This document shows, in pieces, positions 39,034 through 46,905 of a stretch of 64,000 bases of DNA (its first letter is position 1; every line of letters begins with the position of its first letter). Under the pieces are notes generated by a model, which did not search any database, was not told the origin of the DNA, and saw nothing but the letters and a program-made list of their open reading frames with translations. The position numbers were made by a program, and so were the translations under genes. Source of the DNA: an uncultured Candidatus Saccharibacteria bacterium (GTDB lineage: Bacteria > Patescibacteriota > Minisyncoccia > Phycocordibacterales > PALSA-1337); contig CAYZSZ010000001.1 in NCBI GenBank assembly GCA_964481175.1, positions 1,602 through 65,601 of the forward strand, given 5' to 3'.

Positions 39034-39600
39034 ATGAATGAACTAGTAGAACTATTCCGAGAATTCCCTGGCATCGGTCCGCGACAAGCGAAGCGTTTTG
39101 CCTATTTCCTCATGAGCAAGCCAAAAGGCTATACCGATAGACTGATCAATGCGATACAGACAGTTAGAAACAGCGTCCACACCTGTCCTACCTGTTTTCG
39201 TCTTTTAACAAACAAAGAGTGCTCGATCTGTACAGCTCCACGTGACAAAACGCTGATGGTGGTCAGTCGCGATATCGATCTAGAAACCATAGAAAAGACA
39301 GGCGCATATAATGGCTATTATTTTGTTCTCGGCGGGACTGTTCCCATCCTCGACAAAAGCCCAGAACAGCGTATCCGTATTGCTGAGTTATTGAAAAGAA
39401 TAGATAAAAACGATATCAGTGAAATCATTTTCTCGATGAGCCTCACTCCTGAAGGAGAAAATACCGAACAGTATGTACGCTCTATGATCAAAAAAGATAT
39501 CAAAATGTCCACGTTAGGACGTGGACTTTCAACTGGGTCTGAACTCGAATATGTAGATGGAGATACCCTTAAAAACGCCCTGAAGAATCGCTTTATTTAA
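39034..39600 (+). CDS. recR: Recombination mediator RecR
   Basis: PGIGPRQAKR, C4 zinc finger, YFVLGG, Toprim, ELEYVD..TL. Confidence 0.95.
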   Translation: MNELVELFREFPGIGPRQAKRFAYFLMSKPKGYTDRLINAIQTVRNSVHTCPTCFRLLTNKECSICTAPRDKTLMVVSRDIDLETIEKTGAYNGYYFVLGGTVPILDKSPEQRIRIAELLKRIDKNDISEIIFSMSLTPEGENTEQYVRSMIKKDIKMSTLGRGLSTGSELEYVDGDTLKNALKNRFI

Positions 39601-39910
39601 CAGCGTCAATTTTTACCTGGAACATCGGCTGCTTGTGTCCGTTTCGCTTGAAGTATCGGCTCTTTTGCTTGTATTTTATAACGTCTACCTTTGGAAGTCG
39701 TCCGATCTTTGTAATAGTAGCTGTAACTGCTGCCTTTGGGATGTAAGGAGTACCGATAGTAGTGTCTTTGCCATTGTCCACGAGCATGACCTTATCAAAA
39801 GTGAGCTTGTCACCCTCTTTGTACTCACCTACGATCTTTTCGATAGTGACTAGATCGCCAGCTTGTACCTTATATTGCTTCCCGCCTGTGTGGATAATTG
39901 CAAATTCCAT
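39593..39910 (-). CDS. rplU: 50S ribosomal protein L21
   Basis: AIIHTGGKQYKV, GTPY, GHKQP. Confidence 0.96.
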   Translation of the reverse strand: MEFAIIHTGGKQYKVQAGDLVTIEKIVGEYKEGDKLTFDKVMLVDNGKDTTIGTPYIPKAAVTATITKIGRLPKVDVIKYKQKSRYFKRNGHKQPMFQVKIDAVK

Positions 39911-39987
39911 AGTGAGGTATATTCTACACATTTTATATATAAATGCAAGGGGCGATGCCAAGACCGATTCATATATACAGTATATCC

Positions 39988-40047
39988 TTAAATTTCATGA
40001 ATATTTTATTAAAAATTCATTTAAATTTCATTTCTGTTTGATATGGT
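39988..40047 (+). promoter_or_regulatory. Four tandem 11-bp direct repeats followed by TG-n-TATGGT -10 (putative activator-dependent promoter)
   Basis: TTAAATTTCAT GAATATTTTAT TAAAAATTCAT TTAAATTTCAT, 10 nt, TATGGT, 6 nt, ATG. Two matching repeats precede the paralog (37551-37530). Confidence 0.55.
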
Positions 40048-40053
40048 GATTCG

Positions 40054-40389
40054 ATGTCTGATTATTTGTTTGAGAAAGAAAAAGCAAGGCTTTTGTACAA
40101 AAGCCTGAAACCTGTCTTTTGCCCTGCCTTGCAGGATTGGGTATATTTTAACGATCATGGGTTCAGGCATATTTTAGTTAAAAATAATAGAACTCGACCG
40201 AAGAGTGACCAGATCCGGAGATTTAGACTGCTACCCAGTGCTCGCAAAGTGATTTCTATGGCGACTGCATATGTATATCGCCAAGGCAAACAGGATGCAT
40301 CTTTTTGGTCTGTCTCGAACGGAAGAGTTAAGATTTTAATACGCCAGATAAACAATGGCCAAAAGCATTTCTTTAGTATAATGGATTGA
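40054..40389 (+). CDS. Small basic protein, putative BECR/RelE-like ribonuclease
   Basis: 111 aa, Arg/Lys-rich; GFRH helix, then a terminal beta-meander (FWSV..RVKILIRQI.NGQKHFFSI). Fold call is by eye. Confidence 0.55.
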   Translation: MSDYLFEKEKARLLYKSLKPVFCPALQDWVYFNDHGFRHILVKNNRTRPKSDQIRRFRLLPSARKVISMATAYVYRQGKQDASFWSVSNGRVKILIRQINNGQKHFFSIMD

Positions 40390-40489
40390 ACGTAAAAATC
40401 CGCCGAAGCGGATCTCTACGTAACCTGTCATCAGCTATAATTCCGATAGGTCCAACTTGAGACAAAGCTCAAAGTACCACAGGTGTATG
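40390..40489 (-). ncRNA. Putative three-way-junction sRNA, copy 2
   Basis: Minus-strand TTGACA(40523-40518)-16-TATACT; P1 ACCTGT/ACAGGT; ATCGGAATTATAGCTGA; ACGTAGAGATCCGC-TTCG-GCGGATTTTTACGT hairpin with minus-strand G-U pairs. Confidence 0.6.
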
Positions 40490-40503
40490 TAAATTAGTAT
40501 ATT

Positions 40504-41514
40504 CTACTCTTCTGGCTTGTCAATTACTAAAGTTTCCATACCTGCAGCCTCACCAGTAATACGTAAAACATCCTTGTCTATCTTCTTGAACTCCTTGCCG
40601 GCATTGTTGTAGTGGTTTACGGTCGTACTGAGGGTATTTCCGAGCTTCAAATGATAGTCCTCGTACGCTTTTAAATGCTTTCCTAGCTCTTCTACACGCT
40701 TAACGATGTCTTTTGCTGTTTCCTCTATTTGGAGCGCTTTTAGGCCCTGTAAAACGGTCTGGAGATAGGCCAGGAATGAGGTCGGAGAGACAATGATGAC
40801 CTTGTACTTGTGAGCGGCTGTTTGGATGAGGTTTTCAGAGCCGATTTTGTTGATAATGAGGTCGTAATAGATCGCTTCATGTGGGATAAACATAAAAGCA
40901 AACTCCATCGTCCCCTCGCTTGGTCGAATGTATTTTGAGGTTTCGATAATGCGGTTTTTGAGGTCGTTTACAAAAAGCTTTTCGAACTTTTCTTTTTCGA
41001 TTGGATTCTTTTCTTCTACTAAACGATTGTAATTCTCTAGGCTGAATTTTGAATCAATCGGGATAATTTTGTCTTTGATAAAAACAACGGCGTCCACGAT
41101 CTCGGAATTACCGAATTTGTACTGCATTTGAAAGTTGGTCGATGGCAGAATGTTTTTGAGCAATGTCTCTAGATAGTACTCTCCCAAAATACCTCGTTGT
41201 TTTGGATTTTTTAGGATGTCCTGGAGTGACTGCAGCTGATCAGTAAATGAGATGACTTGCTTCCCTGTTTCTTTTACCTGAGCGAGCTCGTTGGTGATCT
41301 CTTTTATAAGACGCTGCGACTCACCAAACTGGTGACGAACCGCATCACTCATAGCACGAGAGGACTCGCCGATTTTTGAGTCGACGGTACGGTGTACTTC
41401 GTTTATCTGTTCGAGAATGAGCTTAAGTCCAGTATCATCCTGCTTTTCACGCTTTCGCAATACGACAATGACGAGGGCGACAGAAAGTAAAATTATTGCT
41501 ATAGTTTGTATCAT
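40504..41514 (-). CDS. rmuC: DNA recombination protein RmuC
   Basis: K.RG.LGE..LE, D.V......IPIDSKF, KYI.P..GT..FA.MFIP.E, SPTS. Confidence 0.92.
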   Translation of the reverse strand: MIQTIAIILLSVALVIVVLRKREKQDDTGLKLILEQINEVHRTVDSKIGESSRAMSDAVRHQFGESQRLIKEITNELAQVKETGKQVISFTDQLQSLQDILKNPKQRGILGEYYLETLLKNILPSTNFQMQYKFGNSEIVDAVVFIKDKIIPIDSKFSLENYNRLVEEKNPIEKEKFEKLFVNDLKNRIIETSKYIRPSEGTMEFAFMFIPHEAIYYDLIINKIGSENLIQTAAHKYKVIIVSPTSFLAYLQTVLQGLKALQIEETAKDIVKRVEELGKHLKAYEDYHLKLGNTLSTTVNHYNNAGKEFKKIDKDVLRITGEAAGMETLVIDKPEE

Positions 41515-41531
41515 AAATATAGTATACCAAA

Positions 41532-41978
41532 ATGATTCACCAAAGCATAAAAACCCAACTAATCGAAGCAATGCGAGCAAAGGATGCAGTTCGACTCGAT
41601 GTCATCCGCGGTCTCCTTTCTGCTTTTTCAAATGAGCTTATCGCAAAAGGTAGTGCTGAGCCTTTTCTCGACGATGCTTCAGTTCTCACACTTATAAAGA
41701 AAAGCGTAAAACAACACAAGGACTCAATCGATCAGTTTACAAAAGGTGGTCGTATGGACCTTGTCGAAAAAGAAGCAGCCGAGCTCAAACATCTTGAGGC
41801 CTACCTCCCTGCTGCCATGTCAAAAGAAGAAATACTAAAAATTGCTACTGCAAAAAAGGCTGAGCTCAATGTGACCGACAAAGCTGGTTTGGGCAAACTC
41901 GTTGGGGCTGTGATGAAAGAAACAAAGGGTTTGGCTGATGGAAATGATGTAAAAGCAGCTGTAGAAAGCCTATTCTAG
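41532..41978 (+). CDS. GatB/YqeY domain protein
   Basis: AMRAKD..RL..IR, K.VKQ.KDSI.QF..GGR.DL..KE..E...L..YLP, GKLVGAVM. Confidence 0.92.
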   Translation: MIHQSIKTQLIEAMRAKDAVRLDVIRGLLSAFSNELIAKGSAEPFLDDASVLTLIKKSVKQHKDSIDQFTKGGRMDLVEKEAAELKHLEAYLPAAMSKEEILKIATAKKAELNVTDKAGLGKLVGAVMKETKGLADGNDVKAAVESLF

Positions 41979-42023
41979 ACCACATTTGACACGTCTAGTC
42001 AATCGTGCTATCATTGTAAGTGT

Positions 42024-42212
42024 ATGGGAGATAGAACATTGTCCGTCGAAGAGGCTGCTCCCAGGTTTGACTTCATGCGCCACATTGTGTCGCAAGGAGC
42101 TGACTATGCGGAACCGCCGCGCTGGCAACGGTTTGTGCGCAGAAAGCGCCGACCCCAAAAGCCAAGCTGGACTGGCAACGCAGTTGCCATGAGACTACCT
42201 CCTGAAGGTTAA
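42024..42212 (+). other. Self-contained GC-rich transcription unit: 62-aa basic ORF and/or structured RNA
   Basis: TTGACA(41986)-17-TATCAT; several hairpins; terminator AAACGGCGTCC...GGACGCCGTTTT at 42231-42262. Confidence 0.5.
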
Positions 42213-42288
42213 GACCCTTCGAGAGACCGCAAACGGCGTCCTTGCCCTTGGACGCCGTTTTTCTCCCCCCCCCTATTATTTTAATATT

Positions 42289-43917
42289 TTATTTCGCAGG
42301 CAGCTCTACAAAGAATTGTGATCCCTTTCCCTCTCCTTCAGATGTAGCCCAGACTTTTCCATGGTGTGCATCGACGATCTGTTTTGCAACGAATAGTCCA
42401 AGACCAGTTCCGTGTATATTTGTTTTATTTGCATTGTATGCACGAGCAAATTTCTGGAAGAGTGAAGTGATTGTTTCTGGTCGCATACCGATACCAGTAT
42501 CTTTTACTGAAAACTTTATTTTCCCATTTTCTTTTGCTAACGAAACAGTGATTTTTCCTGTTGGCGTGTACTTTACTGAGTTGTCGATAAGGTTCATAAA
42601 TACTTGTTTTATCTTGTCTGGGTCTGCAGGGGCAATATATGTATCAGGAGCAGCATCAAATGCAAACTCGACTCCTGCTTTTTTAATATTTGGTTCTATT
42701 TCACCGATCACATCTTTTACGATTTTCAAAAGATCCTGGTCTGTGAAGTAATACTTCATACTACCGAGCTCGATTCGAGAAATATTCAAATAGTCTTCGA
42801 CTACGTTTGCCAATGTTTTTGATGATTCAAATATACGAGAGACTGCTTCTTTTACATCTTTGTTGATCTCACCATAATCTCCATCAAGCACTAGTGAGGC
42901 ATACCCTTTCATCGCAGCGAGTGGACTCTTGAGCTGATGCGTAGCAAATGAAACGAACTCTGATTTTTGTTTGTCTTGTTCGACGAGGCGATCGTTTGCT
43001 TTTTGTAGGTCCACACGGAGTGTAACTTCTTTTTCAACACTCTTTGTTAAAAAGTATCCAAAGAACAAAGAAGTAGTTCCAGAGACGAGAACGAGCAATC
43101 GCGGGAAGTATCCTTCGATAAAGAGAAGCTGCGAGAACACAGTCACGACCAATGTCACTACGAGCATCTCAGCTCCCAATAGTTTGATATTGAATGTATG
43201 GTAACGGACGATGAGAAATGCGAGGATACCGATAAAGAACAACACTCCGAGCAAACCAAACATCTCCACCTGATAGTTTCCACTTTTTTCTGAGTAGTAG
43301 CCTGCAGCAAAGAATGAGAGTAAGAACAAAATAAGACCAGAGTTTAGTAAAAGGATTTGTTTTGTTTTATTTACTGTCCTGTTGTAAATGGTTACAAGCG
43401 CGAGGATGGCAATAGAAGCAGAGAGTAGCATCTTTAATGCGATCACGTAGTACTCCATAAAAGGATACTCGACTGCGATGCATTCATTTAAATCAAAATA
43501 TGAAATATTCCAACCGGTAATAGTAGAAAGTGGTAGAGGTAAAAATACAACGAGAGCAACAGCTTTTGCGATCCACGGAATATCTCGCTCATATGCAAAT
43601 ACATACGCAAAATAAAAGCTGAGGCCGTATATGAGGACGGCAAACATCTCGATCGGAGACCAAGAAAACATGACGATACTACTGAGATCATAATTGAGCC
43701 AGATCGAGAGATTACAAACTACCCATGCTACAAACGCCAATGAAATACCGAGAAAGATTTTTGAGAGCAGTAATTGCTTTTGGCGAGTGTAGACAAAGAA
43801 CCCAAGGAGGAGTGTAAAAAAAGCTGTCGGAATATGCGTATAGTAAAGTATCGGCGCAACTTCTTCGACAATACCTTTGCAATATTGAATATTTTCAATC
43901 AGGTTAAAATCAACCAT
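42289..43917 (-). CDS. Sensor histidine kinase with multi-TM (HisKA_7TM-like) input domain
   Basis: About 8-9 hydrophobic segments; FATHQLKSPL H-box, NLIDNSVKY, DTGIG, GTGLGL. Confidence 0.92.
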   Translation of the reverse strand: MVDFNLIENIQYCKGIVEEVAPILYYTHIPTAFFTLLLGFFVYTRQKQLLLSKIFLGISLAFVAWVVCNLSIWLNYDLSSIVMFSWSPIEMFAVLIYGLSFYFAYVFAYERDIPWIAKAVALVVFLPLPLSTITGWNISYFDLNECIAVEYPFMEYYVIALKMLLSASIAILALVTIYNRTVNKTKQILLLNSGLILFLLSFFAAGYYSEKSGNYQVEMFGLLGVLFFIGILAFLIVRYHTFNIKLLGAEMLVVTLVVTVFSQLLFIEGYFPRLLVLVSGTTSLFFGYFLTKSVEKEVTLRVDLQKANDRLVEQDKQKSEFVSFATHQLKSPLAAMKGYASLVLDGDYGEINKDVKEAVSRIFESSKTLANVVEDYLNISRIELGSMKYYFTDQDLLKIVKDVIGEIEPNIKKAGVEFAFDAAPDTYIAPADPDKIKQVFMNLIDNSVKYTPTGKITVSLAKENGKIKFSVKDTGIGMRPETITSLFQKFARAYNANKTNIHGTGLGLFVAKQIVDAHHGKVWATSEGEGKGSQFFVELPAK

Positions 43918-44638
43918 TGTTATTAGTAGTATACACTTCTTTTGGATAAAAAAGCCACGAATTTTCCCCTTCGAACTCAAATGGTAAGAGTGGATATATA
44001 AGCGGGATACATCCGTAGAACTCTTTTATCTTTTCAATACTTGGAATCAGCTTTGTATCGAGAAACTTTTTTTCTTCTCGATCCTCCAGGAGGAAGTTTT
44101 CAAAAAGAATACCGTGCGCCACAAACAAAGAAAAATAATTGAAATAATATACTTTGGTATTTCTCGTATTATTGAACCATTTTGTGATGTTAATGATTTT
44201 GTACGAATCAAAGTCTTTTATATGCTTGCGAGCGAGATTGTGATGAAACTCAACAAGTGACTCACCTTTGAGCGTCTTTATCGTATCAATCTTTTTGCCT
44301 TCATCATTGAAATCGATAATGACTTTCTTTTTTTCTTCAGTGCGGATGAGACCGAGATGATATTTTGTCTTGTTCACCGCCACAAACTTGTCATAATATT
44401 CCAAAAAGACCACTGGGAGACCTATGTCTTTGGCTAAGTCTAAAAAATACAACGTCTCTTTGTTTGGCGTGATGATGTTGCGGCAGAAAAATAGACATGG
44501 CTCATCAGGCATCCAGTCGGGGTATGCATCACCCATCGTTTCTTTTACTTTTTTGATGAGCTCGCTGTTTTTATTTCGTTTTTTGAGCTCACGAAGAGCC
44601 TCCGTCAGGCGAGTATAGAAAAGTGGTTCTGGTTTCAT
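43910..44638 (-). CDS. Hypothetical cytoplasmic protein (possible enzyme) coupled to the kinase gene
   Basis: 242 aa; CRNIITPNKE, LVEFHH and HGILFENF; overlaps the kinase start. Confidence 0.7.
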   Translation of the reverse strand: MKPEPLFYTRLTEALRELKKRNKNSELIKKVKETMGDAYPDWMPDEPCLFFCRNIITPNKETLYFLDLAKDIGLPVVFLEYYDKFVAVNKTKYHLGLIRTEEKKKVIIDFNDEGKKIDTIKTLKGESLVEFHHNLARKHIKDFDSYKIINITKWFNNTRNTKVYYFNYFSLFVAHGILFENFLLEDREEKKFLDTKLIPSIEKIKEFYGCIPLIYPLLPFEFEGENSWLFYPKEVYTTNNNG

Positions 44639-44639
44639 G

Positions 44640-44825
44640 TTATTCTGCTGACAAACAGGTTGACTGAGCGAGGCAAGCTTCGATCTCACCATTTCTCACA
44701 AAATATGTTTGTTCATCTACGGTGAGTGAGACATTGTACTCCCCTTTGTAGATATACATGTATCCGGCATAGGCGATAGAGCCAAATATAGTGAGTAGTA
44801 AGATAATGAGCAAAAACTTATTCAT
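44640..44825 (-). CDS. Small membrane-anchored protein (61 aa)
   Basis: TM N-terminus, two C-terminal Cys; abuts the next gene. Confidence 0.55.
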   Translation of the reverse strand: MNKFLLIILLLTIFGSIAYAGYMYIYKGEYNVSLTVDEQTYFVRNGEIEACLAQSTCLSAE

Positions 44826-44839
44826 ACTAGTATTATATA

Positions 44840-45742
44840 CTAAAACGCTGCGAGGATTCCCCCAGCTACGATAAACAGCGTTGCAATCCCCTTTTTAATC
44901 AAAATCCCACGAGAGATTTCTTCTTCGATGAGATGGGGCGCAAACATCGTAAACAAAATACCAAGGATAAAAATAAATAATGGCTGAGTCCCCTCGATGC
45001 TCAGTACGAGAGCAACTGGTGCAAGTGTGATTGCAAAGGCAAATGAAAGATTGCCGATAACGGTAGCCGCTTCTGAAACTAGGTTGATACCGAGAATAGT
45101 TCCACTGCTCGTAGTCACGGTTTTGATAAAATCTTGTCGTGCTTTTTTAATCAACAAGAAAATCAAAATACCGAAGACGAGAAGACCGACATTTTCCCAA
45201 AACGAAACAGTGATAAAGTTCGAATCGAGTGCCATCAGTTTAAATACCGTTCGTTGCAAGGCAAAGATGACCGATGAAAGCGACATGAGTAAGATCAGCT
45301 TCCATTTGATCGTGCCCCGCTCTACCGTGAGTATAAGTGCCCCGATGATAATGAGCAGCGATGCGAGCGTGTGCATCTTTGACAATAACTCTCCCAAGAG
45401 GACATACCCAAAAATAAATCCAAATACAGGGATGAGCTGAAAGAATGGAGCGACGATCGAAGTCTCTTCATCAAATAGGCATAGCAAATAGACATATATT
45501 GCAAACGCTCCAGCACAACCAGATGCAATCATGATCCAAATATGTTGGGTCGGTATGTCGAATATAGTACGGTCAAAGTAATAAAGGACTGGTAGTGTAA
45601 TGATTGCAAAGAAAGTCGAGAACAGCATGAGCGACCCTATCCCTCCCTCTCGTTTAAAAAACTTGTCGAGTAAAAACTTGTCAGCAAAGTTTACCAATGC
45701 CCACAAGATAGGTCCGACAAGTGCATAAAAAATCCAGTTCAT
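44840..45742 (-). CDS. EamA/DMT-family transporter
   Basis: Ten TMs in two repeats; P.F..IFG...LGE.L; A....APV.LV. Confidence 0.85.
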   Translation of the reverse strand: MNWIFYALVGPILWALVNFADKFLLDKFFKREGGIGSLMLFSTFFAIITLPVLYYFDRTIFDIPTQHIWIMIASGCAGAFAIYVYLLCLFDEETSIVAPFFQLIPVFGFIFGYVLLGELLSKMHTLASLLIIIGALILTVERGTIKWKLILLMSLSSVIFALQRTVFKLMALDSNFITVSFWENVGLLVFGILIFLLIKKARQDFIKTVTTSSGTILGINLVSEAATVIGNLSFAFAITLAPVALVLSIEGTQPLFIFILGILFTMFAPHLIEEEISRGILIKKGIATLFIVAGGILAAF

Positions 45743-45838
45743 ATCCATATGGTAGCATAATTGACACATGCCGATAGTAGTTATAGTATTTCTTTCAGAC
45801 CAACAACCTTCCCAACCTCAACCACAATCCTGTTGACC

Positions 45839-46846
45839 ATGAGCGTAAATCCTTTCAAACCGCGACTGCACAAACTAGCATCTCGCACTGGTGCCGCTCC
45901 GGTGCCAGCCATCGAAGTGCCCAGAGTAGACCCTGATCCAGCACCTGCAGCAGTGAGTCATGTCCGTTCTCTCGCCCGCGAGGGTGATTATGCACTGCGG
46001 TCGTATTTGCGAGAAATCAGCGAAGTCCCCCTCCTCACACCACAGGAGGAAATCGAACTGGCAGGCAGAATCCAGGCCGGTGACCACCGGGCTCGCGATC
46101 GTATGATCCGTGCCAACCTCCGCCTGGTGGTGAAAATCGCCAAGGATTATGACGGGATGGGCTTGCCCCTCCTCGACATGATCAACGAAGGCAACATCGG
46201 CCTCATGAAGGCTGTCGAGCGTTTCGACCCTACCAAGGGAGCAAAGCTCTCGACGTACGCAGCCTGGTGGATCAAACAAGCCATCAAGCGAGGACTTGCC
46301 AATCAAGGAAAGACGATCCGTCTCCCGGTCCACCTGGTGGACCGAGTGGCAAAAATCCGTCGCACCGCGATCAAGCTCCACGAGGAGCTTGGGCGTGAGC
46401 CGACTGATGCAGAGATCGCCGAAGTCCTGGGCATGACCGCCGAGCGAGTGACCGAGCTCATCACAGCGAGCTATCGTCCTGCATCACTGGACGCGACCGT
46501 CGGAGAAGATGGTGAGTCGGAGTTTATGGATATCGTGCCTGACCCGAATAGCACGACTGCCTACGAAGACTTCGAGCAGCAGACTCGGCACGAGCTCATC
46601 AAGAAACTTACTGTCGCACATCTCGATGACCGTGAGCTCGCAATCATTCAGTCCCGCTTCGGTATCGACGGCGGCTCCGAGCGTACGCTTGAGGAAGTGG
46701 GCGAGCGATTTGGCGTCACCCGCGAGCGGATCCGGCAGCTTCAAAACATTGCGCTCAAAAAGCTTCGGAAAGCGATGCTAAAGCACGAAGCAGTCCGAGA
46801 CCCTGAGCTGGATGAGCTGGCTGCCAGAGCATCAGCAATCAAGTAG
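45839..46846 (+). CDS. Sigma-70 family (group 1/2-like, no region 1.1) RNA polymerase sigma factor, GC-rich
   Basis: YLREI...PLLT..EE (1.2), NLRLVVKIA, EGNIGLMKAVERFDP, STYA.WWI.Q, IRLPVH, TLEEVG..FGVTRERIRQ; own TTGACA-17-TAGTAT promoter and terminator (46865-46900). Confidence 0.93.
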   Translation: MSVNPFKPRLHKLASRTGAAPVPAIEVPRVDPDPAPAAVSHVRSLAREGDYALRSYLREISEVPLLTPQEEIELAGRIQAGDHRARDRMIRANLRLVVKIAKDYDGMGLPLLDMINEGNIGLMKAVERFDPTKGAKLSTYAAWWIKQAIKRGLANQGKTIRLPVHLVDRVAKIRRTAIKLHEELGREPTDAEIAEVLGMTAERVTELITASYRPASLDATVGEDGESEFMDIVPDPNSTTAYEDFEQQTRHELIKKLTVAHLDDRELAIIQSRFGIDGGSERTLEEVGERFGVTRERIRQLQNIALKKLRKAMLKHEAVRDPELDELAARASAIK

Positions 46847-46905
46847 GCTATAACAGCTTACGAAACCCCGTACCACGAGAAATGGTACGGGTGTTTTTAT
46901 TTATT

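Noticed and set aside
39988-40031. Tandem repeats as a CRISPR array or iterons
   Set aside because: Units are 11 bp, contiguous and without spacers; no cas or rep gene is nearby.
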